Assembly (NCBI RefSeq): GCF_009914755.1
Contig: NC_060926.1
DNA length: 64,000 nucleotides
Direction: 5' to 3' (one strand)
From: the human T2T-CHM13v2.0 reference genome, Homo sapiens
Shown: in pieces, positions 30,957-50,835 of the stretch
Numbering within the stretch: position 1 is the first letter of the stretch
Layout: the number at the start of each line of letters is the position of its first letter
Notes under the pieces: generated by a model
Seen by the model: only the letters and a program-made list of their open reading frames with translations
Told to the model about the DNA's origin: nothing
Database searches by the model: none
Made by a program: the position numbers and the translations under genes

Positions 30957-31501
30957 TGAGGCAGGAGAACAGGGTCTGGAGGCAGGGCCTAAGGCCAATT
31001 CACCCTGACTTCCTAGAACTAAACTGAAAGGAAAACGCTAATTTTCCCCACCCAAGTAACAAAAGGACCAGAGGCTACACCCTTTGCAAACCCTCACCTT
31101 TTCTGCATGGCAGTAGGGAAATTGAAAGTACCTCTGATTGGTTGCTTTTTGCAACTAATCAGATGTTTGCATAAAGCTGTAACTTTGTAACTTCACTGTA
31201 GCCTCTGATTGGTTGCTCTGATTGGTTGCTTTCTACAACCAATCACACTGATTGTGGGCCATCACTTCATTTACATGGGGTAAACACCAAGTGGCCAATG
31301 GGAAACCTCCAGCAGGTATTTGGACCTGAGAAGATTCTGCATTCAGGGCCCTTGAGCAGCTGCTCGGCCCAATCCCACCCCATGGAGCGTACTTTCATTT
31401 TCAGTAACTCTCTGCATTTGTTGCTTCATTCTTTCCTCACTTTGTTTTGTCCAGTTCTTTGCTCAAGATGCCAAGAACCTGGACACCCTCCACCAGTAAC
31501 A
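30957..31501 (+). mobile_element. ERV1 solo LTR, MER51-like
   Basis: TGAGGCAGGAGAA.AGGGTCTGGAGGCAGGG...GTAACA; repeated CTGATTGG (CCAAT) motifs; flanks GTGG/ATGG. Confidence 0.75.
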
Positions 31502-31558
31502 ATGGCAGCTGTGAGGAGGACCCAGTGGCTGTTGCTGGATTTAGAGATGAATGAGAGT

Positions 31559-31987
31559 TGTTAAAGCAAACTAAATATGGCCTGAGAAGGACTCCCTGCT
31601 TCTATATTTGAGTCCTTGTGGATGAAACATAACCTACCTTAATATGCAGACAAGATTGAGAACCTAACTTAGGAGTATGCACCTGTAACAACTGAGTCTT
31701 GGCCAATCCCAGCAGCCATACTTCAACCACTCATACACTGCTGAGTGTTCAAACTGTGTTCAAATAAGGCAAATGCCAGCCTGTAACCCATCCAGCTGTT
31801 TCTGCACCTCACTTCCCATTTCTGTATGTCACTTCCCTTTATTTGTTTATAAATTTGTCCTGACCACAAGGCATCCCTGGAGTCTCTCTGAATCTGCTGT
31901 GATTCTGGGGGCTGCCCAATTCACGAATTGATCATTGTTCAATTAAACTCCTTTAAATTTAATTCAGCTGAAGTTTTTCTTTTAACA
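31559..31987 (+). mobile_element. ERV1 solo LTR, MER57-like
   Basis: TGTTAAAGCAAACTAAATATGGCCTGAGAAGGACTCC...TTTTAACA; perfect 4-bp TSD GAGT. Confidence 0.78.
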
Positions 31988-34297
31988 GAGTCCGTGAGCC
32001 AAGGAATGTGGGTGCCTCTGAAAGTTAAAAAAGGTGAAGACACAGATTCTCCCCTAGTGCCTCCAGGAAGTAACAGAGACCTACTTATGTCTTGACTTTA
32101 GCCCAGGGAGATTCATTTTGGGTTTCTGACTTACAGAACCGTAAAATAATAAAATTATGTTATTTTGAGCCACTACGTTTATGGGAATTTGTTATGGCAG
32201 CAACAGGAAACTAACCCTGCATCCTACAGCTCACTAAATGCCCCCATTCGGTCATGCCCCCTTCCCATACGGAGCTCCGAATACACCTGACACCCACTTC
32301 CCACCTCCTCGGCAGTCACATCCAACTCTTACGTGTTCTTTCTGGTGTTTTGATTCATTTCTTTCAAAACCAGTTAAGAGAAACAAGTGAACGGTTGCCC
32401 TGACCATTTAGTCTGCCTAGTTTTGACTTGGTTTCCACAACTAGAGCAAAACAAGGACATCTCTTGGGTGTCCACTGCAAAAAAGTTGAGAGAGAACAAT
32501 TTCATGAACTGTTCTTAGAAAACATAACCAATATTATCTATGTTCCCAACCTTCCCAAAATAGCAGCACAAAACTTCAACAGCTAAAATACATTTCAATA
32601 AAACCGAGAATACACATGTCTAGAGCAACATTCCCATGATTAGACACCTGGAGAAAATATCTGTGTGAGCCAATTCAACTCTTCAAGATACATTTAAGGG
32701 TCCCACTGTCGGTATTCCTCTACCCTCTGCTGCAACTTCCCTGGACAATTTTTGGAGCTTTAGACTCATAAAGTTATAGGCCTTCTGCCAAAAAGGTGCA
32801 TATATGCACAGAAAATTTTGCATATAATTATCAGCAAGTCACAGAGCCTCTGACGCTATCCAATTTAAACAGCTCTGGCTTGGAGAAAGATGACTCTGAT
32901 GAGGAGGAGGGCAAGCCATTCCTGAAAGACAAAGCCCTGACTACTCCAAGGCTGAGCCCCAGGTCAGGAGAGAGAACACCGGGACAGGTCCACCTTCAGA
33001 CAAGAACCCCAAGATTTTCAAATGCAGGACTGTGTTATCACCCTAGACGTTAAAAAGCCCAAAAGCCCCCAAAAATAGCACCCAGGAGAGGACCCACCTC
33101 AAAGGGAATGATTATTTTCCACAGAAAAGCTTGTCTATGCCTCAAGTCAGTGATGAAGGGTTGCCTAGTGGCAGGTGCTGTGGAGGCATCAAAGAGGTAT
33201 GAGGTGCCACCTCTGCCCTCAGGAAACTTGGACTCTCATTAGGAGAGAGGAGACAAACACTCAAAAAGATTAAAAGACAAGATGATAGACGATTAAGTAT
33301 CAAAAACACTGGCACAGACCATAATAACAACATATTAACATTTATCAAAATGAACCCAGGAGCTCAAAGTTAGACAGAAGGCAGGATTAAATGCCATCAC
33401 TTTAAAATAGAAGAAAACCAAAAATAAGTAAATTGTATCAGTGGCTACTATACTGAAAAATGAAGGGCAAGTCAGAAAATGCAGAAGCTGCTTGAGTGAC
33501 AACAATGAACCGGTATTCAATTTACTCCACTCTAAAGCAATTTGCAGAGCCGAGAGCTGCATACCTGGAGAGGAATCATGGTAAGCAGGCAGAAAAACAA
33601 GTCTAAATAGATCATCTGTTTCAGACAGAGTGAAGAGGTTGCAGTTTTGGAAAAGCATTGCAAATTTGAAACTATCTTATTCAAGCTCATACAAGAAAAG
33701 ACACTTCTTTAAAAAAAAATGGAAGTGGAGAATCATTTGTATAGACCTATCTAAAATGTATCTTTAAAAATCACAGTGAAATAAAAAGTTTAATTTAAGA
33801 GCTTTCCAAAAATTATTTAATTTGGGCCATTCTGGTGACAGATCTCCAAGTGTATAATTCTACCTCTTTGATTAAAGTAATGATAAAATGACCACTAAGT
33901 CTAGTCAGAATGATCGTTTTACAGGTGTTCCAATGACCTTATTACAAAAGATCAAATTTTTATAGTATAATATGTCAAAAAACATTTTCACACATTCTGT
34001 CTTGGTTCATCCTCATAATTCAATGAAGTGCACAGAAGACAGGATGCAGATTATTCCCATTTAGTACATAAACTGAGGACGAGCAAGGTCATGTGACTTC
34101 GCCTCTGCCTCAAAGCTACCAAAGGGGAAAAAGAACCCACACTCCCAACGTTCAGCCCGGCTATGGCTCTCTCATGGTAAAGTAGGGTAGCTGGCAACAC
34201 AAATGGCACATTTGGTAGAAGCTGGAACACAGGTCCCTTTATACTAAAAATTCTGTGTATTTTCCCCAGTTCTTATAAAGAAAGGCCAAGGCGAGTC

Positions 34298-34608
34298 TAG
34301 GCACAGTGGCTCACGCCTGTAATCCCAACACTTTGGGAGGCCGAGGCGAGCAGATCACCTGAGGTCAGGAGTTCGAGACCAGCCTGGCCAACATGGTGAA
34401 AACCCATCTCTACTAAAAACACAAAACTTAGCTGGGCGTGGTGGTGAGCGCCTGTAATCTCAGCTACTCAAGAGGCTAAGGCAGGAGAATTGCTTGAACC
34501 AGGGAGGCAGAAGTTGCAGTGAACCTAGATCGTGCCATTGCACTCCAGCCTAGGCGACAAGAGTGAGACTCCATCTCAAAAAAAAAAAAAAGAAAGAAAG
34601 AAAGAAAG
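34298..34608 (+). mobile_element. AluS with TSD AAAGAAAGGCCAAGGC
   Basis: Alu consensus; TSD visible. Confidence 0.9.
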
Positions 34609-35872
34609 GCCAAGGCATTTTTCTCACAAAGCCAAATTTCTAGTCTGCCACCACCCTGTAGGGAACCAAACCAGGCAAAGGAATTGGAAATGCTGAGAGT
34701 TCAGGATCGTAGCAGGAAAGAATCATCAGGAACCTTACAACTACTTAGAGTAGGTAGAAATATCAGTACCTAGACATATTAACTGAGCACACACCATTCC
34801 CTTGGGAAACTCAAAACTGTATTCATTTGCTTACTAGGTTAAGCAAGTAAGTGGTTTCCAGAAACAGGTAGCAAACCGTGTCCATTAAAGCTTTGCTATC
34901 AGAATTCTCCACTTAGAAGGTTTAAGGAGGGCAGGTGGAGAGGGGCTTCAGCTTGAAGCAGGGCAGACACAGGCCAGGAGCAGATGAACCTGCTCTCCTA
35001 CACTGAGAGTCTCCCTCCAGAAAGGACCGCTACAAAGCGCTGCTCACCAATCACCAGGATGACCCTCAGGAAGAGGAAAGTATGGGGAAAGGGGAGGGGG
35101 AAGGAAGGGGAGGAGAAGGGAGGAGGGAGGAAGAGAAGAGAAGAAAAAAAGGAAAAGAAGGAAAGGGGGCAAAGTCCTAACTTCCCCATTCTGTGTTACC
35201 TAAATACCCATTTCTCATCTCCTACACCCAAAAGAAAAAATGCAGTCAAAGAATTGAAGTGCATTAAAAGGAAAATAAACCCTCCAGGAGAACTGAGGTG
35301 ATGATGCTCTATTTCTGAGAGCCCAGAAGCCCTAACACACATTCATTCATTGGCTCCTGCACTTACCCGTTGAAGTCCAAGCCTTTCCACGTAGCTAAGG
35401 GGCTTTCATTCCACCCTCACCTCCTCCATTTTGTATTGCCTGGGGCAGATATTACCTGTAATCTCTTTGCAAGCCCCTGGTGCAAGCCCAACCCCCTAAG
35501 CTGCAACGAAAGAACTCACTTCACAGGTCCCCAAGGAAACAGAGCCATCTCTGGCTTCCAGGAAACCCCCATAGCAGCCATTCTGCTCTCACCTCTCTCT
35601 CTTCTCTGGCTTCTTAGTTAACAGCTCACATGTCCCTTTCTCCTTGGAAAAAAAAAAAAACTGTCTTTGACTTGATGTCCCTCCCAAACTACTGCCCTAT
35701 CTCTGTCCTTCCACTCACAGCAGATGTAACAATGGGTAAGCAGGCGAGGAGTGCTCTTCCAGCCCTTCCAGCCAGCTGCGCCCAGTTCCTCACCCTGTGC
35801 TGACCTGACCTCCACTCAGTCATCAGAGTCACCCAACTGTCAGACCCAACAGCCGCCTCCAGCCCCAATCCT

Positions 35873-36058
35873 GCCCTTGGACTCCCTCACACGGGCACCT
35901 CCACCCTCTGACCCTGCCCAAGCCCTTGGACTCCCTCACACAGGCACCTCCACCATCTGACCCTGCCCAAGCCCTTGGACTCCCTCACACGGGCACCTCC
36001 ACCATCTGACCCTGCCCAAGCCCTTGGACTCCCTCACACGGGCACCTCCACCATCTGC
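35873..36058. repeat. 49-bp tandem repeat, ~4 copies
   Basis: GCCCTTGGACTCCCTCACAC... at 35873, 35922, 35971 and 36020. Confidence 0.9.
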
Positions 36059-36339
36059 ACACCCTGCAAGGCCTTCCCAATCGCCTCCTGCTCTTCTTTC
36101 TCCCTTCACCTACATTTTTGCTTCTGGAGTTCGATTCTGACTTTTCTCATCCACACCTTCCTCTTTGGCATGCTCCCTTTTCTGTAAGTTAGGCCCATGC
36201 TTTCCAAATGCGAATCTGGTGCCCAGGCACATCCTAAACTGCCCGAGCCAGACCCGCACTAAGCGCCCCTGGGCACGTCCACTCAACTAAGCTTGGACCT
36301 CAACTACCGTTCTGGTCCCTGTCCCTCCCCAGTCCCACC

Positions 36340-36515
36340 AGCCCCTTTCATCACACGGGGATGAGCCCCTCACTCCCAGCCTGCCCCATTCATACACACA
36401 GGGGTGAGCCCCTTCCCCACAGCCTGCCCCATTCATACACAGGGGGATGTGCCCCTCCCTCCAGCCTGCCCCATTCATTCATACACATGGGGGTGAGCCC
36501 CTCCCTCCCAGCCCC
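36340..36515. repeat. Degenerate ~43-bp tandem repeat
   Basis: CAGCCTGCCCCATTCATACAC...GGGG recurs 3-4 times. Confidence 0.75.
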
Positions 36516-37554
36516 ACACCCAATACCTGGGCTCTGGCTTTTCCAGCGCTCTCCATCCCCACCCTCCTCTCCCCATTCGGTGCTTAAATTACATTTTAAC
36601 AACCTCTTAACCAATTTTCCTGACTGAGTCCATGTTCCAGTTTTTACCCTAAACCTTGCCACAAAAGCTACTTTATCAAGTCAAATCTGGACTTCAGGTT
36701 TTAAGCGGTGGGCTGAAGGCTTCATTTCTTTCCTGTCAGACTCTGGGAAATCACACAAAAGCAGGAAGAAGGAGATCACCCCACTGCACTCCAGCCTGGG
36801 TGACAGAGCGAGACTCTGTCTCAAAAAAAAAAAAAAAGGAGAAGAAAAAACAGAAATATAAACTCCATCTACAGTGAAACTTAGAAACATCTATAATCCA
36901 AAGGCATAGTATCTGAAGACAGAGGGCATGGCTGCTGAGGTCAGGAAGGAGCAGGTGCTGGAGGCAGGCTGGGGGAGCCACAGCCCCGCACGCCCCAGGG
37001 AGCAGTCCCTAGACCACATGCATGCCCTGGAAGCAATGCTGAAACCCTGGAGGGGACAACAGCAACAGGTGCCCAGGCTGGGGGCAGGTACTTCCCATAC
37101 ACATGGTAGGAAGGAGAGTAGGGCAGGCAGGGCTGCCTGGTGTCTTCTCAGGAAGCTGTTTCTGGCTCTTCAAGCTAAGGGGAGAGGTGTTGCATCCTGG
37201 GCGGCCTGCATCTGCCCTTCTCCTTGGGCTTGGGGTAAATGACAGCTCAAAGAATTTCCTCACAAACACAACACTATGTCGTCAGCATTCCTGCCAGCCT
37301 GCGATGGGGGCCGGGCCCAGCTCCACATACAGATCCTGCTGGACCAGGAAAAGATTCACCATGAAAAGACCAGCGATCAAAAGAAACGAGCACAGGTGCC
37401 AAACAAAGGCACTACAAAGGGAGACGGGCAGGGAAGAAAAACAAAAAAAGACATCAAAGGATGGAAAACACAAACCGGGAAGTATTGACACATGATGGCT
37501 GAAAATTGTAATCAAACATATCAACAAAAATCATAAAACTTAATGAAGGAATCA

Positions 37555-37885
<331 letters not shown>

Positions 37886-37889
37886 AAGA

Positions 37890-39305
<1,416 letters not shown>

Positions 39306-39328
39306 GTTTTAATTAAAAAAAAAAAAGA

Positions 39329-39650
39329 AGCTGGGTGTGGTGGCTCAAGACTATAATTCCACAACTGTAAGAGGCCAAGGCGGAAAGATTGCTTGAGCCC
39401 AAAAGTTCAAGACCAGCCTGACAATATGATGAGACCCCCCATCTCATTGATTGATTAAGTGATTGACTATATAGATTAGATAGATAGAGATAAATAAATA
39501 AATAATAAATGAGCTAGGCTTGTAGTCTCGGCTACTTGGGAGGCTGAAGCCGGGAGAGAGCTTGAGCCCAAGAGTTCCAGGCTGCCATGAGCCACGATCG
39601 CACTACTGCACTACAGCCTGGTCAACAGAGCAAGACCTTGTCTCAGAAAA
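39329..39650 (+). mobile_element. AluJ-like with an internal microsatellite; host of the SVA
   Basis: Alu arms separated by GATT/TAGA/TAAA repeats. Confidence 0.82.
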
Positions 39651-39658
39651 AGCTTTTT

Positions 39659-40520
<862 letters not shown>

Positions 40521-40894
40521 TTAAAACTTCCAGCACAGGAAGGAAGTCTGCAGTGGAAAGGACACAAAGACAGACAACCCCCAAAACACAGCAGGTGACA
40601 GGGACAGAATTGAGAAGGGTCTCTCCAGTGAATCCGAGGACAAAAAAGAAATTTGACCTGAAATTCAAAATTAAATTCAAAGCTGCAAAACATCCACAAA
40701 ACAATAAAATCAAGAAGTGAGTGTTCACAAGAAAATCCATGTGTTTAAAATGCTTGTATTAATAAAAAGAATGGAAACAAATAATTTAAGCAACTGCAAA
40801 TAAAAAAAGACCAACATAGAGGGTAATTAAGATAGAAAAATGCTGAGCAAATGAAAGGAAATTGTTTTGAATTTTTTGTATTAAAATTTTCAAC

Positions 40895-41215
<321 letters not shown>

Positions 41216-41888
41216 TCAACTGATGAAATTAAAAAAAAAAAAAGGGAACAACCTAAAAGACAAATCCTCAATTCTCAGAGACTTCACTCCTCTACAGAAA
41301 TGCCTCTGCAAGGGTGCGTCTTGGGTGGGTAAATCCACGAGGGCTGGGATTTTGTCTGTTTCCTCCTATGCTGTGTTCCAGGCACATAATAGTGCCTTAT
41401 TGCAGGGAATAAATATTTGTTCACTGAATGAATGATGAATTTTCCAGGAAAATGTAAGTTACCAAAACTGATCAGAAAAGAAAGACAAGAAATCTGAACA
41501 ACTAGTTACCACAGATTAACAAGTCAACACTGTAACAGCACCACACCTTAGGAGCAGGCAACACCAATATTACCTTCAGTTGTTTCCAACACAGAAACAG
41601 AAGGAAAATTCCCAAGTGCTTTTTATGCAGCCAGCATAGCAGTGAAACAAAACTCAACCAAGAAAATACACAGATATTAACGTGAAAATTTTCAGTAAAT
41701 GACTCGTAAACCGAATCCAGCAGAGGACTATTCCACAATCAAGTGGAATTCTTTCTAAGGATGCAAACGCTGGGCCAATATTTAAAAAGCTATTAATGTA
41801 ACTGACCAAAGAGATCAAAAGAGAAAAATCCTAAAACCAAATTATCAATTCCATGGATATAAAAAGGCATTTGAAAACTTAATCTCTC

Positions 41889-42272
<384 letters not shown>

Positions 42273-43336
42273 TCAGACTGATGGCACAAAAAGCCAAAAG
42301 CCCACAGTCTCTTTGCCCCTCTGACCTGACTGCACTGATCTCAGGACTCCAGGAGAACCTCCCAGAACAGAAAGGAGGCACGCATATCCTTGTGTGGCTT
42401 ACAACCTGCCCTGCTTGCTTCCTGGTTTTGGTGGTAAACCGAAGGGAAAGCAACTTGAAACAAGCCCAAGTCATCATTGTCACCCACCTTCCCACCCCGA
42501 CCGTCCTTTCTGGTCTGGCCCAGCTCACTTGGCAGCAGTGGGCTCAAATAGGAGTTGGCAGATGTAGCCCTCACTCTGCCCACACCTGCAGGCCCTGCTT
42601 GCCGCTGGTCCATCTTAGTCACATGCCTGCCCCCAGACCTACACATGGGCAGAGCCACCACTGCCTAGAGGTTCACTGTTCCCATCACAAGGCAAGTTTG
42701 CCACATGGAGATTTGACCCACACAACAAAGAAGATCTATTAATGTCAAAAGTTCAAAGAAACATGATTGCAGGAGAGAAGTCATACTGTTTGTATGCACT
42801 TTGAGATAGTCACAAAGAACTACTGTTGTGTTAACTGACAAGTATTCATTAAACTCATATTGAGAAAATGGATTTCTACTGAGCAGTAAACTAAAAGTGT
42901 GCAAAAGCATTTCAAATATCATTTGAAATTTCATGCATTTCAAATATAATTATAAAAAAATCCAGAATCATTACCATGAATTTGCTCAGCATTTTGCGAT
43001 CTTAACGACCCTCCGTGTTGGTCTTTTATTTGCAGTTGCAGTACTGCCCTTTATCTTTCAAGTGTCATTACCTTCACTCAGCGGTCAACGATCAGATCTC
43101 TATCCTTTCATGTAAAGTGTTCTCCATGGGATTTGAATGTCACTGACAAACAAACAAAAAAAAACACTATCCTTTTCAGTTTTCTTGTTTACTGCAATGA
43201 TGGTTCTTCAAACTTAAGAAAGTCTTGGTCCATGATACTATCCGATAAAATCCAAGTAGCAAAAGTCAGCTACTTCTTTTAAGATAAAGAAGAAAATCCA
43301 ATAATATATTTGACTACCTTAGAGAATCAATTTCAT

Positions 43337-43819
43337 TCATTTTTCAAACCTCAGAAAATAATATTTCAGGGAGGAGCCAAGATGGCCGACTAGGAACAGC
43401 TCCGGTCTAGAGCTCCCAGCGTGAGCAACGCAGAAGACGGGTGATTTCTGCATTTCCATATGAGGTACCGGGTTCATCTCACTAGGGAGTGCCAGACAGT
43501 GGGCGCAGGTCAGTGGGTGCAGCGAACCGTGTGCAAGCCGAAGCAGGGCGAGGCGTTGCCTCACTCGGGAAGTGCAAGGGGTCAGGGAGTTCCCTTTCCT
43601 GGTCAAGGAAAGGGGTGACAGACAACACCTGGAAAATTGAGCCACTCCCACCCAAATACTGCGCTTTTCCGACGGGCTTAGGAAACAGCGCACCAGGAGA
43701 TTATATCCCACACCTGGCTCGGAGGGTCCTATGCCCACGGAGTCTCGCTGATTGCTAGCACAGCAGTCTGAGATCAAACTGCAAGGTGGCAGCGAGGCTG
43801 GGGGAGGGGCGCCCGCCAT
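43337..43819 (-). CDS. L1 antisense ORF0 homologue, extended to 160 aa (translation not shown)
   Basis: MAGAPPPASLPPCSLISDCCASNQRDSVG... matches primate L1 ORF0. ATG at 43819 in GCAATGG context. The frame stays open through the L1 5' end into flanking DNA. Confidence 0.55.
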   Translation of the reverse strand: MAGAPPPASLPPCSLISDCCASNQRDSVGIGPSEPGVGYNLLVRCFLSPSEKRSIWVGVAQFSRCCLSPLSLTRKGNSLTPCTSRVRQRLALLRLAHGSLHPLTCAHCLALPSEMNPVPHMEMQKSPVFCVAHAGSSRPELFLVGHLGSSLKYYFLRFEK

Positions 43820-44402
43820 TGCCCAGGATTGCTTAGGTAAACAAAGCAGCCGGGAAGCTCGAACTGGGTGGAGCGCACCACAGCTCAAGGAGGCCTGCCT
43901 GCCTCTGTAGGCTCCACCTCTGGGGGCAGGGCACAGACAAACAAAAAGACAGCAGTAACCTCTGCAGACTTAAATGTCCCTGTCTGACAGCTTTGAAGAG
44001 AGCAGTGGTTCTCCCAGCACGCAGCTGGAGATCTGAGAACGGGCAGACTGCCTCCTCAAGTGGGTCCTTGACCCCTGACCCCCGAGCAGCCTAACTGGGA
44101 GGCACCCCCCCCGTAGGGGCAGACTGACACCTCACACGGCCGGGTACTCCTCTGAGACAAAACTTCCAGAGGAACGATCATACAGCAACATTCGCGGATC
44201 ACGAAAATCCGCGGTTCTGCAGACACCGCTGCTGATACCCAGGCAAACAGGGTCTGGAGTGGACCTCTAGCAAACTCCAACAGACCTGCAGCTGAGGGTC
44301 CTGTCTGTTAGAAGGAAAACTAACAAACAGAAAGGACATCCAACCAAAAACCCATCTGTACATCATCATCATCAAAGACCAAAAGTAGATAAAACCACAA
44401 AG

Positions 44403-45418
44403 ATGGGGAAAAAACAGAGCAGAAAAACTGGAAACTCTAAAAAGCAGAGCGCTTCTCCTCCTCCAAAGGAACGCAGTCCCTCACCAGCAACGGAACAAAG
44501 CTGGACGGAGAATGACTTTGACGAGTTGAGAGAAGAAGGCTTCAGACGATCAAACTACTCCGAGCTACAGGAGGAAATTCAAACCAAAGGCAAAGAAGTT
44601 GAAAACTTTGAAAAAAATTTAGACGAATGTATAACTAGAATAACCAATACAGAGAAGTGCTTAAAGGAGCTGATGGAGCTGAAAGCCAAGGCTCGAGAAC
44701 TATGTGAAGAATGCAGAAGCCTCAGGAGCCGATGCGATCAACTGGAAGAAAGGGTATCAGTGATGGAAGATGAAATGAATGAAATGAAGCGAGAAGGGAA
44801 GTTTAGAGAAAAAAGAATAAAAAGAAATGAACAAAGCCTCCAAGAAATATGGGACTATGTGAAAAGACCAAATCTGCACCTGATTGGTGTACCTGAAAGT
44901 GATGGGGAGAATGGAACCAAGTTGGAAAACACTCTGCAGGATATTATCCAGGAGAACTTCCCCAATCTAGCAAGGCAAGCCAACATTCAGATTCAGGAAA
45001 TACAGAGAATGCCACAAAGATACTCCTCGAGAAGAGCAACTCCAAGACACATAATTGTCAGATTCACCAAAGTTGAAATGAAGGAAAAAATGTTAAGCGC
45101 AGCCAGAGAGAAAGGTCGGGTTACCCACAAAGGGAAGCCCATCAGACTAACAGCGGATCTCTCGGCAGAAACTCTACAAGCCAGGAGAGAGTAGGGGCCA
45201 ATATTCAACATTCTTAAAGAAAATAATTTTCAACCCAGAATTTCATATCCAGCCAAATTAAGCTTCATAAGTGAAGGAGAAATAAAATACTTTACAGACA
45301 AGCAAATGCTGAGAGGTTTTGCCACCACCAGGCCTGCCCTAAAAGAGCTCCTGAAGGAAGCACTAAACATGGAAAGGCATAACCGTACCAGCCGCTGCAA
45401 ACTCATGCCAAAATGTAA
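44403..45418 (+). pseudogene. L1 ORF1p, truncated by TAG at 45192-45194 after 263 aa
   Basis: MGKKQSRKTGNSK... ORF1p sequence; consensus RREW is read here as RRE*. Confidence 0.92.
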
Positions 45419-45478
45419 AGACCATCGACATTAGGAAGAAACTGCATCAACTAACAAGCAAAATAACCAGCTAACAGC

Positions 45479-49297
<3,819 letters not shown>

Positions 49298-50071
49298 ACA
49301 ATGAGAACACATGGACACAGGAAGGGGAACATCACACTCTGGGGACTGTTGTGGGGTGGGGGGAGGGGGGAGGGATAGCATTAGGAGATATACCTAATGC
49401 TGAATGACGAGTTAATGGGTGCAGCACACCAGCATGGCACATGTATACATATGTAACTAACTGGCACATTGTGCACATGTACCTTAAAACTTAAAATATA
49501 ATAATAATTTAAAAAAAAAAGAGAGAAAAAAAAGAAAATAACATTTCAGTTAACCTCAAAGATACAATACTGAAGATAAAATCCTCTGGGTTTTTTGAGA
49601 GATTTCTTAAGGAGATCAAGAAGTTAAATTAAGTAGCACTGGCAGAGTATGCATCTTCAGGTAGTACAAGATTATAGAACCTTCTATCTACCCATGTGGT
49701 CTCTCCCTGTGTATCCCTATGTGTATCTAGTTAAAGAGAAAGCAGTAGAACTTAGCAGGTAAGGGGACTCGAGGTCAGTTTGGGTTGAAAGTCTAAGTAG
49801 GTCAGAATCCAAGGTCTATCATTTACTAGTTAAGTGGCCTTGGACAGGTAACTATTCTCTCTGAGGCTGTCTCTTCATCCGTAAAACAGGAACAATAACA
49901 CCTACCAATAATGATTGCTGTGAGAATTAAATGAAATATTTGTACAGTGCTAAGCAGAGTGTCTGACACATAGTCCAGAGCTAAATCACTGGTAGTTAAG
50001 CTATCAGTCTTGTGAATGTGATATAGCCACTGGTCAAATCCTATAGCACAGTTTATTATACAGGACACTTA

Positions 50072-50257
<186 letters not shown>

Positions 50258-50532
50258 TCATTATAACAATTAGAACAACAATTATTGAACACACTATGCA
50301 CCAGGCACTGTTCTACGTGATTCAATTAAGTGTATTAACTCATTTAATTTCATAACAGCCATGAGGTGGGGGGGAGGGAGATGCATATTTTATTGGCAAG
50401 GAAACCGAGGCCCAAGGTCACATAGTTAATAAGTGCTAGAGGCAGGATTTAAAACTTAGGTGTCTGGGTGGCATATGTTATTCTACTAACACTGCTGCCT
50501 CTCTGACTGTAACCTACTTAAAAACAGACATT

Positions 50533-50835
<303 letters not shown>

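Larger units (their letters stand above)
30727..32216 (+). mobile_element. MLT1-type MaLR LTR split by two ERV1 solo LTRs
   Basis: CTAATCCCCAGAACCTGTGAATG 5' part, an intervening piece at 31502-31558, and a 3' part ...GGCAGCAACAGGAAACTAA. Confidence 0.7.
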
